From Octopus sinensis (lineage: Eukaryota), in contig NC_043007.1 of assembly GCF_006345805.1 (NCBI RefSeq), forward strand, positions 53,382,001 to 53,446,000: a stretch of DNA of 64,000 nt, read 5' to 3'. A program made the translations under genes and the position numbers. The notes below the pieces were generated by a model. It searched no databases, was not told the DNA's origin, and worked only from the letters and a program-made list of their open reading frames with translations. Shown here piece after piece: positions 48,001 through 61,202 of the stretch (its first letter is position 1; every line of letters starts with the position of its first letter).

Positions 48001-51000
48001 AAGATATGTATATTTTTATTTATTTATGTTGTTGGTTGGATATGTGTAATCTAGTAAGGCTGATAATTAGGTCTGCTAATAACATTTAAGCTAGGAGATA
48101 GTGGTGTTTATAGGAATGAGTGGGTTTAACAAAACTTAGAGAATACAAATCTGCCTTTATGCAGACAAAAAATATTATTTTCATATTTCTTATTGAGTAG
48201 CGGTGATTTGGCCACTAATATTAGTAGTTTTTCTGTTACACAGAACTGACAGCGCTTACTGTTAATTGTATAAGACGAAGTTTTTGCTAGGATATGCCAT
48301 TCTAAGCTATAGTTGATTTTTTTTTCTTTTATTTCCCAAATGTAGCTACTAAGTCCTGTAGAGTTTGTTTTACCTCTATTTCTAAATGCAGATTGGTGGG
48401 AATTGCATCTAAGTATCATTTCAATTTTCATGGCTCTAATATAAGATTTTGTATGGTTATTTGTGAATACATTGCATTGGTATATTACGTTTTTTGTTTT
48501 TTACCTATTGGAGAACTGACACTCATTTCTGTCTCTAGCCACATAAATTATTTGGTTTATCTGTGCTTACGTTATGTTGAGTGGGGTAATTATTTATCAG
48601 GTCTGTGTTTTTTGCGGGACGAGATTAATTCTACTTGCTTGTTGGCTGTTATGTTTTATGCTGGTATTTTTCTAGTTTTGTAGAAAACGTCTATTGTTGA
48701 TCGAGGCTATGATGGTAGCTAGGTTACTACTCTAATTTTATTCTTAAAGATTCCTGAGTATTTGTTATTTAAGTTCAAGTCTTTATCTCTAAATCTCATT
48801 ATGGAATGAACTATGTTAGATTTAAGCTGCATCGCGAAAAGCATGGGTCACCAAACTATGGCTTACGGGCCGGATCCGGCCCGTGACATCAATTTGTCTG
48901 GCCCACTGTCGTATGCTGAAAAAAATAAACTTGCTTTTATACTGCTTCTTACACTTCTTAGATTACGCATGTCATATGTATACTGAGTCAGTCATGTCAC
49001 ACACTATGTATTTCATGCGCCATAATAATTACTACAGTACCTCATATGTGCCTCGAGCTAGTCAGTTATTTGTGATTACAATTAAAACGAGAATATCTGA
49101 TGCCAAGGCCTAAGACTGCTTTTGTTTTTCCTTCACCCATCGTTATGGCTACTAAGAAGAGAAAGGTTGATGGTGTATGTAGCATTTTCAATAAGGAATG
49201 GGGAGAAAAGTACTTCTTTGGAGAAACAAATGACCAGAAAGCTAGTTGCCTGATATGCAACAAAAGAGTTGCTGTTATGAAAGAATACAATATTTGTCGT
49301 CACTATGAAGCAAAACATCTCTCAACACATTCTAAATATTCCCGAAAGTTGTGGTCCGAGAAATTTGAATCTATGAAACATAGTTTGGAATCTCAAAGGA
49401 ATTTCTTTATGAAAATGTTTGTTGAAAACGAATCTATCATTTGTGTAAGTTACAAAATAGTGAATAAGTTGGCAGAGCAAGGAAAACCATTTACTGACGG
49501 AAACTTTATAAAAGAGTGCATGATGGAAGCAGCAAATGAATTGTGTCCTGAAAAAGCTAACATGTTTGGCTGTATCAGCCTTTCAGCAAGTTTAGTTGTG
49601 CGGAGAATGGAAGAACTTGGAGAGAATATAGTTACAGATACATGAGAAATCTGAGAAAATTTTGAGGTATTCTCTTGCAATGGAAGAGTCTACTGATCTC
49701 ACTAGTACGTCACAACTTGTGTTCATTCGTGGTATTAATTGCAGCTTTGTGATTATAGGAGAAATGGCATCTGTTTGCAGTATACATAGAACAACAACTG
49801 GAGAAGATATTTTCATAGAGGTGCAGAAAACTTTTCAAAACTATAACCTTCAATGGAATCAGCTTCGATGTGTTACAGCTGATGGAGGGAAAAACATGGC
49901 AGGAGTGAGGAAGGGTTCGGTAGGGTGGATCCAGACCAATTTGGAGGAGCTTCAACTTCTGAAAGCTCTGTTTATATACTGCATTATACATCAGCAAGCA
50001 CCCTGTGGAAAATACTTAGATATTTCTTGCATATTAAAACCAGTTACAACTGTGGTGAACTTTATTCGGAATCATGGGCTTGATTACCGATAGTTCCAGG
50101 CTTTCCTTGAAGAAATGGATTCTAATTTCTGTGACTTGCCTTACTACACAAAAGCGAGATGGCCCAGTTGCGGTAAAGTCCCGTTTCATTTTTATAAGCT
50201 CCAAAGAGAAACAGATCTTTTTCTCACCGAAAAGAATAGAGCTGATTCACAGCTGTCAGATCTTTCATGGTTATCAAAGTTGTCATTTTTAGTTGATGTT
50301 ACTTCTCATATGAATGAATTGAATTTAAAACTGCAAGGAAAGAATAACCTTGTCTGTGATCTCTACAGAATTATTACAGCATTTCGGAGAAAGCTATCAT
50401 TGAAGCACAACTTGAAGGAGGAAACTTCTTTCATTTACAGTGTGTTCAAGAGTTTTGCACAGAAAATGTGGAACATATTAACCTCGAGTTTCAGAAAAAA
50501 ATTATTCAGGACTTAAATAAGCATTTTACTCAAAGATTTTCAGATCTTGACAGAATTGAGAATGAAATTCTTTTGTTTGAGAATCCCTTTGGCTGTAATC
50601 TTGATAACATGCCAACTGAACTACAACTGGAGCTTATTGATTTGCAAGCTAATACCTGGTTGAAAGAGAAGCACACAAAAGGAAAACTCATTGAATTTTA
50701 TTACAGCTTGCCTGCTGATGAGTTTTCAAAATTGAAAAAATTTGCCTCAGGTATGGCATCAGTTTTTGGAACAACTTATGTTTGCGAGCGACCTTTTTCA
50801 AAAATGAAGTGTGTGAAGTCAATACATCGAACAAGGCTCACTGATGAACACTTGAAAGCATTTCTTATGGTTGGCTGCAGCAATCACAAAGCAAATGTTG
50901 ATGATATTTTGAAAGCAAAATGCCAGTTTCACAAATCTCATTAACCTTTGTGCTGCTTACTTTTTATGCAATTCAGCTATGTGTGCACTTATTCTAAAAA

Positions 51001-54000
51001 TTCTAATTTGGAAATATTTTGGTATTATTAAAATATGCTTATTGTTTTTATTATTTTGTGTATTTTATATATTGATAAATAAATAGGATGACTGTCTTTA
51101 TTTTTTGTGTATATTCAGTGTATTCTCTATTGTACTGAATTGAACAAAATATTTATCTGGCCTGCGTTTGGCATTCTTTTAGCTATATCTGGCTTACCAT
51201 GAAAAAAGTTTGGTGACCCCTGGCATAGAGGATTATTAACCAAATCTTAGTTTGAATCTTAGCATTATTTCTACAGATTTTTTTTTTGATATTATTGTTA
51301 TTAATCTGTAGAAATAATGCTAAGATTCAAACTACGATAACTAACAACATTAAAAAACTAATACCAAAAATGTGAAAATTAATAATAAAATTAAGAATAC
51401 TAACACAACTAACAATAATAATAATAATAATAAAAATTTTAATATTAATAAGAATAAAAGCAACGAACCTCAAAGAACCAATATAACCCCAGTGAAAATT
51501 GATAACACCAAGCCATATAACTTAAGAAAACCGTACAGGAAATAACCTCAATAAAACCCACACTAACAATAATAGAAATAAAAATAACTATAGAAAGAAA
51601 TATAATAATCATAACAGTAACTTTACACTCTATACGAATACTGAGGATAGCTTCTACACCAAAATTAATATTAAAAATAAACGAAATAGCGATAAGATCT
51701 GGTTAATAATCCCTTACACAATGCAGCTTAAATCTAACATAGTTCACTCCATAATGAGATTTAGAGATAAAGACTTGAACTTAAATAACAAATACTCAGG
51801 AATCTTTAAGAATAATATTAGAGTAGGCCACAGCCTTACTAATAACCTAGCTACCATCATAGCCTCGATCAACAATAATAAGCTAGACACTTTCTACAAA
51901 ACTAGGAAAAATACCAGTATAAAACATAACAGCCAACAAGCAAATGGAATTAATCTTGTTCCTAATAGCCAACCCGCAAACACAGACCTGATAAATAATT
52001 ACCCCACTCAACATAACATAAGCACAGATAAACCAAATAATTTATGTGGCTAGAGACAGAAATGAGTGTCAATTCTCCAATAGGTGCAAAATAAAAAACG
52101 TAATATACCAATGCGATGTACTTGCAAATAACCATACGAAATCTTATATGAAAGCCATGTAAATGAAATGATACTCAGATACAATTCCCACCAATCTGCA
52201 TTTAGAAATAGAAGTAAAGCAAACTCTACAGTAGCTACATTTGGGAAATAAAAGAAAAAAAAATCAACTATAGCTTAGAATGGCATATCCTAGCAAAAAC
52301 TTTGTCTTATACCATTAACAGTAAGTGCTGTCAGTTCTGTGTAACAGAAAAACTACTAATATTAGTGGCCAAATCACCGCTACTCAATAAGAAATATGAA
52401 AATAATATTTTTTGTCTGCATAAAGGCAGATTTGTATTCTCTAAGTTTTGTTAAACCCACTCATTCCTATAAACACCACTATCTCCTAGCTTAAATGTTA
52501 TTAGCAGACCTAATTATCAGCCTTACTAGATTACACATATCCAACCAACAACATAAATAAATAAAAATATACATATCTTATGCTAGCCTACTCCAACCCA
52601 CATTATCAATAAATAACTAATACACCTAAGCTACTTTCTATGCTAGTCTACCTTATCCCTATAATTCTTTCCTGTCAAGAACTACCAACTCTTTTACACA
52701 TTAATTTCCTCCTCTATCTTTTTTTTTACCTTTTCATTGCACTTCTCAAGCATAAATATTATTCCGTGCACTCATGCTAGATATAAACTTTACCCTCATT
52801 TTCGGCTTCCTCAGCAAATATACGAATTACCCACAACCTATGTTAGTGACACTTAGCTCCTATTAACCACACCAGATATCCATAATTAGGGATAACTCCT
52901 TCAGATTACACCACTGGTCAACTAACTAAACAGGCAGACACGTGGAAGCCATGCTAATAACTACCTACAAGACTTCGGATTCAACCACCCTCTATTCTTC
53001 AATTACCTCATAATGAATTTAATGAACCTTGAACACAACTAAAATGTAAGACTTTTGAATCATTGAACCTTTTCTTTTCCGATTTCTCTTTCTATCTTTC
53101 GCTCTATTCCCCTCTTTGTCTATCTCCACCTTCTTTTTCTTTGTTCTGATGATGTCTACCATTTGCAACGAGTTAAACACCTATTTACCTCAAGTTTGGT
53201 ACACAGAAACAGCTGTAAACGCGCTCTTACCCTCACCTTGCTTAATTAATTAAATAATGGGTTTTTAGCACAACAGACACAGTTCTACTTGCTGCTTTCC
53301 CTCCATTTTCTTATCCTCCATATATCTGCTGTCATATACCTTATACCAAAGACCATACTTACTGAGGTAATTACCAGGAGTGCCTTTGGATACTTCTATC
53401 TCTTAGAGGGTTTAACACCTCTAACTTATACCTTACATAACATTCTATGTGGTGAAGCACGACCTTCGAACTTTAGGTCTCACCAAGGAAATGACTAAAG
53501 ACCGAGACCTATGGAAGTATGCTGTGCGTGAGAAGACCCGGCAGGACTAGTGAGACCATAACCCGTGGCCTCTACCTGGGATGTAGCCAGTCAACTTATG
53601 CATACCTTTCCTTCTTGGGATACAAAACTCCACTTGTGAAGACCCGTTGAGGCAAGTGAAAATCAAAAAATCAGAAATCAGAACCAAAATCGAAGTCGAT
53701 CAACATAAATGGAAATTGCAGCTGTGATACCAGTGCTGGTGGCACATAAGCGAACCATCCGATCGTGGCCTTTGCCAGCGCCGCCCTAACTGGCCTCTGT
53801 GCCGGTGGCACATAAAAAGCACCATCCGATCGGCTGTTGCCAGCCTCGCCTGGCCCCCGTGCCGGTGGCACATAAAAAGCACCACCTGACCGTGGCCGTT
53901 GCCAGTGCCACCCCGACTAGCCTCCGTGCCGGTGGCACGTAAAAAGCACCATCCGATTGCGGCCGTTGCCAGCCACGCCTGGCACCTGTACCGGTGGCAC

Positions 54001-57000
54001 GTAAAAAGCACCCACTACACTCACGGAGTGGTTGGCGTTAGGAAGGGCATCCAGCCGTAGAAACATTGCCAGATCAGACTGGGCCTGGTGCAGACTTCTG
54101 GCTTCCCAGACTCCAGTTGAACCGTCCAACCCATGCTAGCATGGAAAGCGGATGCTAAATGATGATGATGATGATATATATATATATATATGTAAACACA
54201 CTAATGGCAATACTCACTGTATAAGACTCCACCAAGACGGTTGTTTCAAGAGCAAGTTGTTGTTCTTGGACTACATCATATGCTACATAACAAAGCTTTT
54301 CTTTCATAATACGAACAGTTTCAAAATCAGCAGAGTGATTGAAAGCATAACCTCTTAAAAGCAGCAGCTGGAGGAGAAAAAAAAGGTTAAACTAGTTGAG
54401 AAAGGAATGGAACATATGAAGTAGTATGCTTTGCACAGGAACACAATCAAAGAAAGAGAGGGGGAGGGAGGTGGGGGGAGCAAGAAATCTAACAATAATA
54501 TTACAGCCACTATTCCTCTTACAGATGTAATTTTTAAGATCCTGAAAAGGATGTTGATAAAAATCTCAAGTATTTCAAACAAATTAGACTTTAATTACTT
54601 AGTAAATGATTGAGTATAATGGTAGTGTGAACATACCTTAATAAGATATTTAGTAATATCTCTACCAGCAATATCAAGACGCCGTGTTAAGTGAGGTAAA
54701 GAGAACCCTTCATAAACTGGGCAAATATGAGTTACACCATCACCAGAATCCACAACTACTCCTGTCTGTAACCCTACAATGATTAACAAACAAGATTTTT
54801 ATAAATAGCTGATTCTGACAAATTACATTAAACATTTTATTTTTCTGAGAGGTAGGCACATCATACCACCTTTTTAATGTCACCACCTAGCAAGCATTTA
54901 TTTGTTGGAAGCATCTGGATTTGTCTTCAAGCAGGTATTTTCTGTGATGTACCATCGCTTTTTACATTTCCCCATATTAATCTGTTTGGTTAATTCTCTC
55001 TTCCCTTTTTTAACACTTGTATAATTCATTTCAGCCTAGACCCCACACATCTCACATCTTAATGCTGTCCAAGATACAAATTTCCCAAATCCATCTCTGT
55101 TGTCCACGCTTCTCCCTTTATTCAAAATTGCACTCTGAAAAGTGGTGTCTGTGCATATATAGTTTCCACTTTTACCTGGCTGTCAATAGGTCATTGGATA
55201 TATAAACAAAAGAGTGAAGGACTGAACTGAACACTGGGGAATGATAGAGTTGATAATGTAGAATAGAAAGAGCTTTGTCAACAAAGGCTGCAACAGTGCA
55301 ATAGGAAGTTACCAATCTTTTAAAATGAAAAATGGATGTAACTTGTAGGTGAGCAATTTTAACCAGTGATTCACATGGTTCAAATCAACAAGGCTACAAG
55401 TAATGTCCCTTCCATTTCATTCACACACTGCACTCCAAAGCTAGACCTTTGGTCTCTTTCTTAACAGAGGAACATACTGTAATTTTGGGAAGTAGGGTGG
55501 ATGCCCTACAGAAAAGCACTGTCTCTGGCTCTGCATTCTCTTGAACTATCAATCTTTGTCATCATAATGGTAACTTCTATATCCAATGACCCAATAACAC
55601 TTACTCAGACTCAGAGGATCTCATCTTTCACTCTTCCATAACCATCTTCACCCAAGCACTATCCACATGCAACCTAAATACCTCACACCAAAACCTGTAT
55701 TGACTCTGTTAGGGAATAGTATATGGATACAGAGAATCTAAAACTATTCCCTAACAGAGTCAAGCCAATCTTGTCTTCACCCCCACAAAAAAACGGAAAG
55801 AAAAAAAAGGCACTGCATGTACCATGAAAACAATTCAGTTCAGTTCATACCACTGGTAGCCACAGCTCTTTTGATCACTCCAAATGTTTGGCCTAACAGT
55901 CAATTTTTCTTTAATATAGCTAGAAATGCACTTCACAAATTGGAATCAAAAAATATTTCACTTCCAAAAATTACTGGGTAACTCCTAAAAAACAGAACCC
56001 ATAAAAAATATATTAAATCCTACAAAGGTCATGCAAATTTCAAAAAATTTGCTGGACATAGACATTGGTCTGTGTATGATCATTCCCTTTGCATAAAAGT
56101 CATGTTCTTTTCAAAATATGCTCCAAATGGCATACATCACACAAAAATGTCAATTACTCGAACACATTCCTCTTTGGGGATTTCCCTGATTTCTGCTCAA
56201 CCTAGCTAAAACCAAAGTCCTAATAAGTAGGAAGGTAGACAAATCACAAACGCCTTCAGGTAGATGGCCCTGCTCAATCTGTAGAAAAGGCGTGGGTAGA
56301 AACTCTATAAGATGTACCAAGTGTAAGCTATGGACACATAAGAGGTGCAGCAATGTCAAAGGAAGGCTAACTAGGAAGATAGTTTTTGTATGTGGCAGAT
56401 GCTTAGGAGCAATAAACACTGAAAATGTGCAGAGACCAACTTCCGCCACATTCCAGGGAGAAAAACTAGAAGTAGTTGATAGTTTCCATTACCTAGGTGA
56501 CCAAGTCAGTAGCGGGGGCAGATGTGCTGAAAGTTTAACTGGTAGAGTAAGAATAGCCTGGGCAAAGTTCAGAGAGCTCTTACCTCTGCTGGTGACAAAA
56601 GGTCTCTTGCTCAGAGTAAAAGGCAGACTGTATGACGCATGTGTACGAACAGCCACGCTACATGGTAGTGAAACATGGGTCGTAACTGCTGAGGATATGC
56701 GTAAGCTCATAAGAAATGAAGCCAGTATGCTCCGATGGATGTGTAATGTCAGTGTTCATACTCGACAGAGTGTAAGTACCTTGAGAGAAAAGTTGCACCT
56801 AAGAAGCATCAGTTGTGATGCGCAAGAGAGACGTTTGCGCTGGTATGGTCATGTGGCGAGAATGGATGAAGATAGTTGTGTGAAAAAGTGCCACACCCTA
56901 GTGGTTGAGGGAACCTGTGGAAGAGGTAGACCCAGGAAAACCTGGGTCAAGGTGGTGAAGCACGACCTTCGAACATTAGGTCTCACCGAGGCAATGACTA

Positions 57001-60000
57001 GTGACCGAGACCTTTGGAAGTATGCTGTGCGTGAGAAGACCCGGCAGGACAAGTGAGGCCATAACCCGTGGCCTCTACCTGGGATGTAGCCAGTCCACTT
57101 ATGCATACCTTTCGTTCTTGGGACACAAAACTCTGCTTGCGAAGACCTGTTGAGGCAAGTGAAATCGCTCTCTTAACCAGGCCAGGAAGTGATTTGATGT
57201 GTGGGGGTGGCCCCATCTTGCTAGAACCACTATTCATCTCAATCTATCCCACTACATCATTTTATTCAAAGATTTGTGGGTTGTACTACCTCTCCACAAA
57301 GCTCAGATGAGACTATGGAATACTGCAGTCATATCATCTTGGATGGTGTTGCTTTTGCATGCACAATGATCCTAGGTCACACGCTTAGAAATGTCACCTG
57401 ACTAATTGGCATAAAGCCCATCTTTGGTCCATAGACATTCTGTGTGTCTGCCTTTTACACTGCAACTACAGTGCTCCTCAGAAGCTGGCAGTTCTTGTAC
57501 CACCACTACCAAGAGATTTTTAATTTATTTGCCTTTCCTCCGCTCATCACCCGTATTGTGCCCAACTACCCATTCTTTTTCCCTTAGAACATTAGTCCTT
57601 GCAAATGCCCTCTCTGCTCTTATCTTTCCTGTGGTCATCAACTTGCAATAGCTTAAGTGGAATATTAATGGTATCAATCTCAGAAAACTTGGAAGACCAG
57701 CAAGATAAATATAAAGATAAATTTTAAATTACTGAATTTGAAACTAAATGTGAACTTGACCTATAAATAAAAAAAATAAAGTTGCAAATTGTTAGATTTG
57801 TTTGGTCAAAGATTTACTGGATATAACAAAAGTGGTTGGATAAATTTGATGCTTCAAATATCAAATCGAAAGCTAATAAATAAAATAACATTTGAAATAA
57901 AGACTTATCAAAAATTAAAACCAAGTACCTTCATATCAGAAACAACTTCCATATACTCAATTTGGTCTTCATTTCAATAAAATTAAGGCAAATATATAAA
58001 AACTCTAAACTCACTAGTTTATGAAGGAAAAATTTCGTTTAATTTAATTTAGACATGAAGAGATGAAAATGTGATAAAAAGTCAACAGGTCAGTCTCAAA
58101 CAATATAGGAGTGGGAAAAAAAAAAGGATAGAAATAGTTTACCTTGCGCATATAATGTTAGAACAGCTTGAATTGCAATGTACACACTATGGAAATTATA
58201 TTTTTCAAACATAACCTGTATATTAAAAAGAAGCAAAATAACATCAGAATTGGAAACTTATAAAACAAATCATGCCGCATATCAAAGAGAAACAAACAAT
58301 GCAACAATAAACTTATCTTTTATTTCTCTTTGAAAGCTATTTATCATTGATAATATAAACAGAATAATTAATTAGCCTTTTTGTTTTCTCTTTGGACATA
58401 ACTGCATGTTGTATAAATTATCATAATATATTAGCAAAACTGAACTGATATCATTCTTACCTCCACCATTTTCTCTCTGTTTTTTATTGGATTCATGGGA
58501 GGTTCTGTGAGTAGAATTTTGCTATTGCTAGTATCAATATTCATTTTGTCTCGACCAAATGTGTAATCATACACATGCAGCATATCTTCCCAGTTACGAA
58601 CAATACCATTTTCCATTGGATATTTCACTTCAAGCATTGAACGAAGGGCACTGGCCTCTTCTCCCACCATTAAGTCCTGTCAAATGGAAAAGAATTTAAA
58701 CTAAAACTAAAGTGGATTTGTATGAAAATTAGATTAATGTTCTATCTATTATTTATTTAACAAGCATAAAAATTTTACAAAGACATTTTAAAGAAATAAA
58801 AACCAAATATTACTTTAGGAAAAGTCAAAGGAAAATAAATTTGGTAGAAAATCAACTTTAAGGAAAATTTAAAAAAACATAGTTATAACAAATTTTTGTG
58901 AGAACCAAATGCAAAATGTCCAAAACAGGTGTGGATTAGTACTTCGATGGAGGCATATCACTTTTTTGCTTAAAGAACATTTATAATATAGAGCAAAAGT
59001 CATCTGGTTAAAGAAAAAATATTTAGGCAGTGGAATAGAATAATAGTTCCAGAAGAATGCACTTCTGTCTTGAATTTGTTAAAGTAGTTCATGAGGAGGA
59101 GAAACTTATGTCACATAATTAGTAGCATCGGAAAGAAGACCAGTGAATTTTGCAAGAGAGCTATAGACAAGAAATTAGTGTGATACTGAGAAATTGCTTA
59201 CAAGCCCGATAGCTCTATTTTTGATAAAAAAAAATGTAATAACATGACATTGAACACTAATGTATTTTAACGTACCATTTCCTATTCCATCAAATTTTTC
59301 ATGCTGTTACTATAGATACGTTTAGCATTTTTACACAATATGAGGATTTTATATAAAAATGTAAGCATTGCTTACTCTAATGAAACTTTGAATTCTATTT
59401 TGATTTTGCAAAGCTTTTAATATTTGGGGGTAATTGGTGAGAAAACCGATAATTTTCCAAATCTGAATCAATTGTGATCTCATTTTTACTTTCTTAGCAC
59501 TTTCCAGGAAATAATATCAACAGTAAAAATAACATCAGCAAAAAAGAATACTTTAGGAATGAGTACCCCATTAGTCAAAGGGTTGGGTTCAAAATTCCAC
59601 CAGAACACCAGATAAAGGCTAGAGAGTACATCAGCTGAAATGTGGTAACAACAAACAAGGTGAGGACACCTATCTATCCATTGTAAATAATGTAAAGAAC
59701 AATGTACAACTCTGTAGCATCAAAGTATCAATTGTTAACCGAAAAGCAAAAATCTGCAGCAGACCATCGTGGCTGCTACCTCATGTAACAAGTATCAAAT
59801 GTGTGCTGAATAATATGAACAGGTGTACAACATGCCACTTTTCATGGCATCCCCGACCAAACTTTTTTAGTAAGTATGATAGTTTTAATTGTGTTACTTA
59901 TTCTACTGATGCATTTTCTTGAGATGTGTGATAACTGTATTTTGATGATATTGAATGAGACTAGGTTGTCAAATCCATCATTGAAAGAGATTTTTGAGAA

Positions 60001-60730
60001 TCATTGTTCACAAAGGACATACATCTGGGGGTTTACTGAGGTTTTTCCCACATACATATATATATGCATGCGCACACATGTGAAGTTTGAGATGGCAATC
60101 AGTCAATGTAAAGAAAAATAGGTGTAAGATAATTAAACCTTAAGAGTGGCCCAAATTCGAGTGAGGTTTGCTGTGTTGCACCAACACAACATAAGGTTTG
60201 TGATCAAAGATAAGTAAAGTCCATATGGAGGAAGCTTACAAGGTTTTTCAGCCATAGTCTATTCAGTTTTGATGATGTTAAGAGTAATACTAAAAATGAT
60301 GAGATATGAAGCAATAAAGGTGGTCCCCATCACAATTGCTTCCATTACCTAAGAACTATTGATGGTACAGAACAATAGCCGGCAGGGTTAGCAATTTCTT
60401 AGGTGCAGGAGGTAGTCACACATTTCTGCATGAAAGTAAATATCTGAAGAAAGGAAAAAGTGAAAAGATTTGTTAAATAGAAGGGGGCACCCAAGCAAAC
60501 TGTTGTTATAATCACCAGATAGTTATGACAAAAACTGATAAAGACAACATCCACGATAAGATAATTAGATTATGAAAGTCTAAAAAAATTTACAAGCAAA
60601 AGTAATCAATATAACTTACCTTGACTTCAATATTTCCTACTTTATTTGTGGCACGAATAATTGGGTGCCCAACTAATGATGGAAATATATGGGAGGGGAA
60701 ATTGGAACCAGCATAGCCACATTTAACAAA
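44835..60730 (-). CDS. ACTR2: Actin-related protein 2 (Arp2/3 complex); 7 coding exons in window, first exon outside
   Basis: Exons join in frame through GT-AG introns into 378 aa + TAG; with a 16-aa first exon this gives the canonical 394 aa. Confidence 0.97.
46304..46582 (-). CDS. ACTR2: ARP2 coding exon 7 (279 bp)
   Basis: [23 protein letters not shown]...[17 protein letters not shown]...KLS; tag/gtaagt. Confidence 0.96.
47449..48832 (-). mobile_element. Penelope-like element 3' part (left inverted arm)
   Basis: HQSAFRN....[11 protein letters not shown]....LEWHIL....Y...[13 protein letters not shown].....LLNKK.E...CLH = PLE GIY-YIG C-terminus. Confidence 0.8.
48842..51222 (+). mobile_element. 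hAT transposon, Buster/SPIN (GTF2IRD2-like) group, frameshifted
   Basis: TIRs CATGGGTCACCAAACT / AGTTTGGTGACCCCTG; BED finger CLIC...RHYEAKH; [31 protein letters not shown]; 8-bp flanks gcgaaaag/gcatagag (5/8; right flank fits nnnTAnnn). Confidence 0.9.
51350..53291 (+). mobile_element. Penelope-like element 3' part (right inverted arm)
   Basis: 51721-53291 is the reverse complement of 47449-48832, with a ~165-bp insertion. Confidence 0.8.
53448..54175 (+). mobile_element. 5'-truncated RTE LINE with complete 3' UTR and (GAT)n tail
   Basis: Begins with the ORF end [10 protein letters not shown]...[12 protein letters not shown], shared with 56940-57160; ends (GAT)n. Confidence 0.85.
54218..54367 (-). 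CDS. ACTR2: ARP2 coding exon 6 (150 bp)
   Basis: [50 protein letters not shown]; cag/gtgagt. Confidence 0.96.
54637..54773 (-). CDS. ACTR2: ARP2 coding exon 5 (137 bp)
   Basis: [46 protein letters not shown]; tag/gtatgt. Confidence 0.96.
56160..57165 (+). mobile_element. RTE LINE ORF 3' portion
   Basis: [55 protein letters not shown]. Confidence 0.9.
58143..58215 (-). CDS. ACTR2: ARP2 coding exon 4 (73 bp)
   Basis: [24 protein letters not shown]+G; cag/gtaaac. Confidence 0.95.
58461..58676 (-). CDS. ACTR2: ARP2 coding exon 3 (216 bp)
   Basis: DLMVGEEAS...[17 protein letters not shown]; ag/gtaag. Confidence 0.96.
60620..60730 (-). CDS. ACTR2: ARP2 coding exon 2 (111 bp)
   Basis: [37 protein letters not shown]; cag/gtaagt. 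Confidence 0.95.
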
Positions 60731-60970
60731 CTGAAATGAAGAGTATTGAAGATATAATTAAATGATGTGGAAGTAGAAAATAAGAAAAATTTTCAATTAT
60801 TATTTAGTTTAATACATTTCACAAGTTACATATATATTGCTCTACTAACTATTTTTCAACCTTTATGAAAAAGAAAAATGATAAAGATTATGTTTGCTTC
60901 TTTTTAACAAACTTGTTTTTTAACATTCAACAATAATTAAAAATGGTTTAATCTGCCGACATGGGTAAAT

Positions 60971-61202
60971 CAGTGGTTCCCAAAGTGGGCAGTGGAGAGA
61001 CCCAGGGAGGTGTTGAAGAAAAATGGGGCGATTATGGGGGTGACCAAAAGAGTGCAATGTATGCCCAATATCCCACCATCTCAATTTTTCAATGGTACAC
61101 TCAGGTTTAGAAAATAGGGTTTAAAAGTGTGTTGGTAGTGGGGCTAGGAATGTGGCTTAGGTGCCAAGGGGTTGGCAGTCCGAAAATGTTTGGGAACCAC
61201 TG
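60971..61202. mobile_element. hAT-type MITE (232 bp)
   Basis: Perfect 14-bp TIRs CAGTGGTTCCCAAA / TTTGGGAACCACTG; 8-bp flanks match 5/8. Confidence 0.8.

Noticed and set aside
53146-53185. CTGATGA in the PLE arms (also ~47585 minus)
   Set aside because: Not followed by stem II-GAAA-stem III
60265-60331. TGATGA box-C-like motifs suggesting an intronic C/D snoRNA
   Set aside because: No CTGA box D at a suitable distance and no terminal stem
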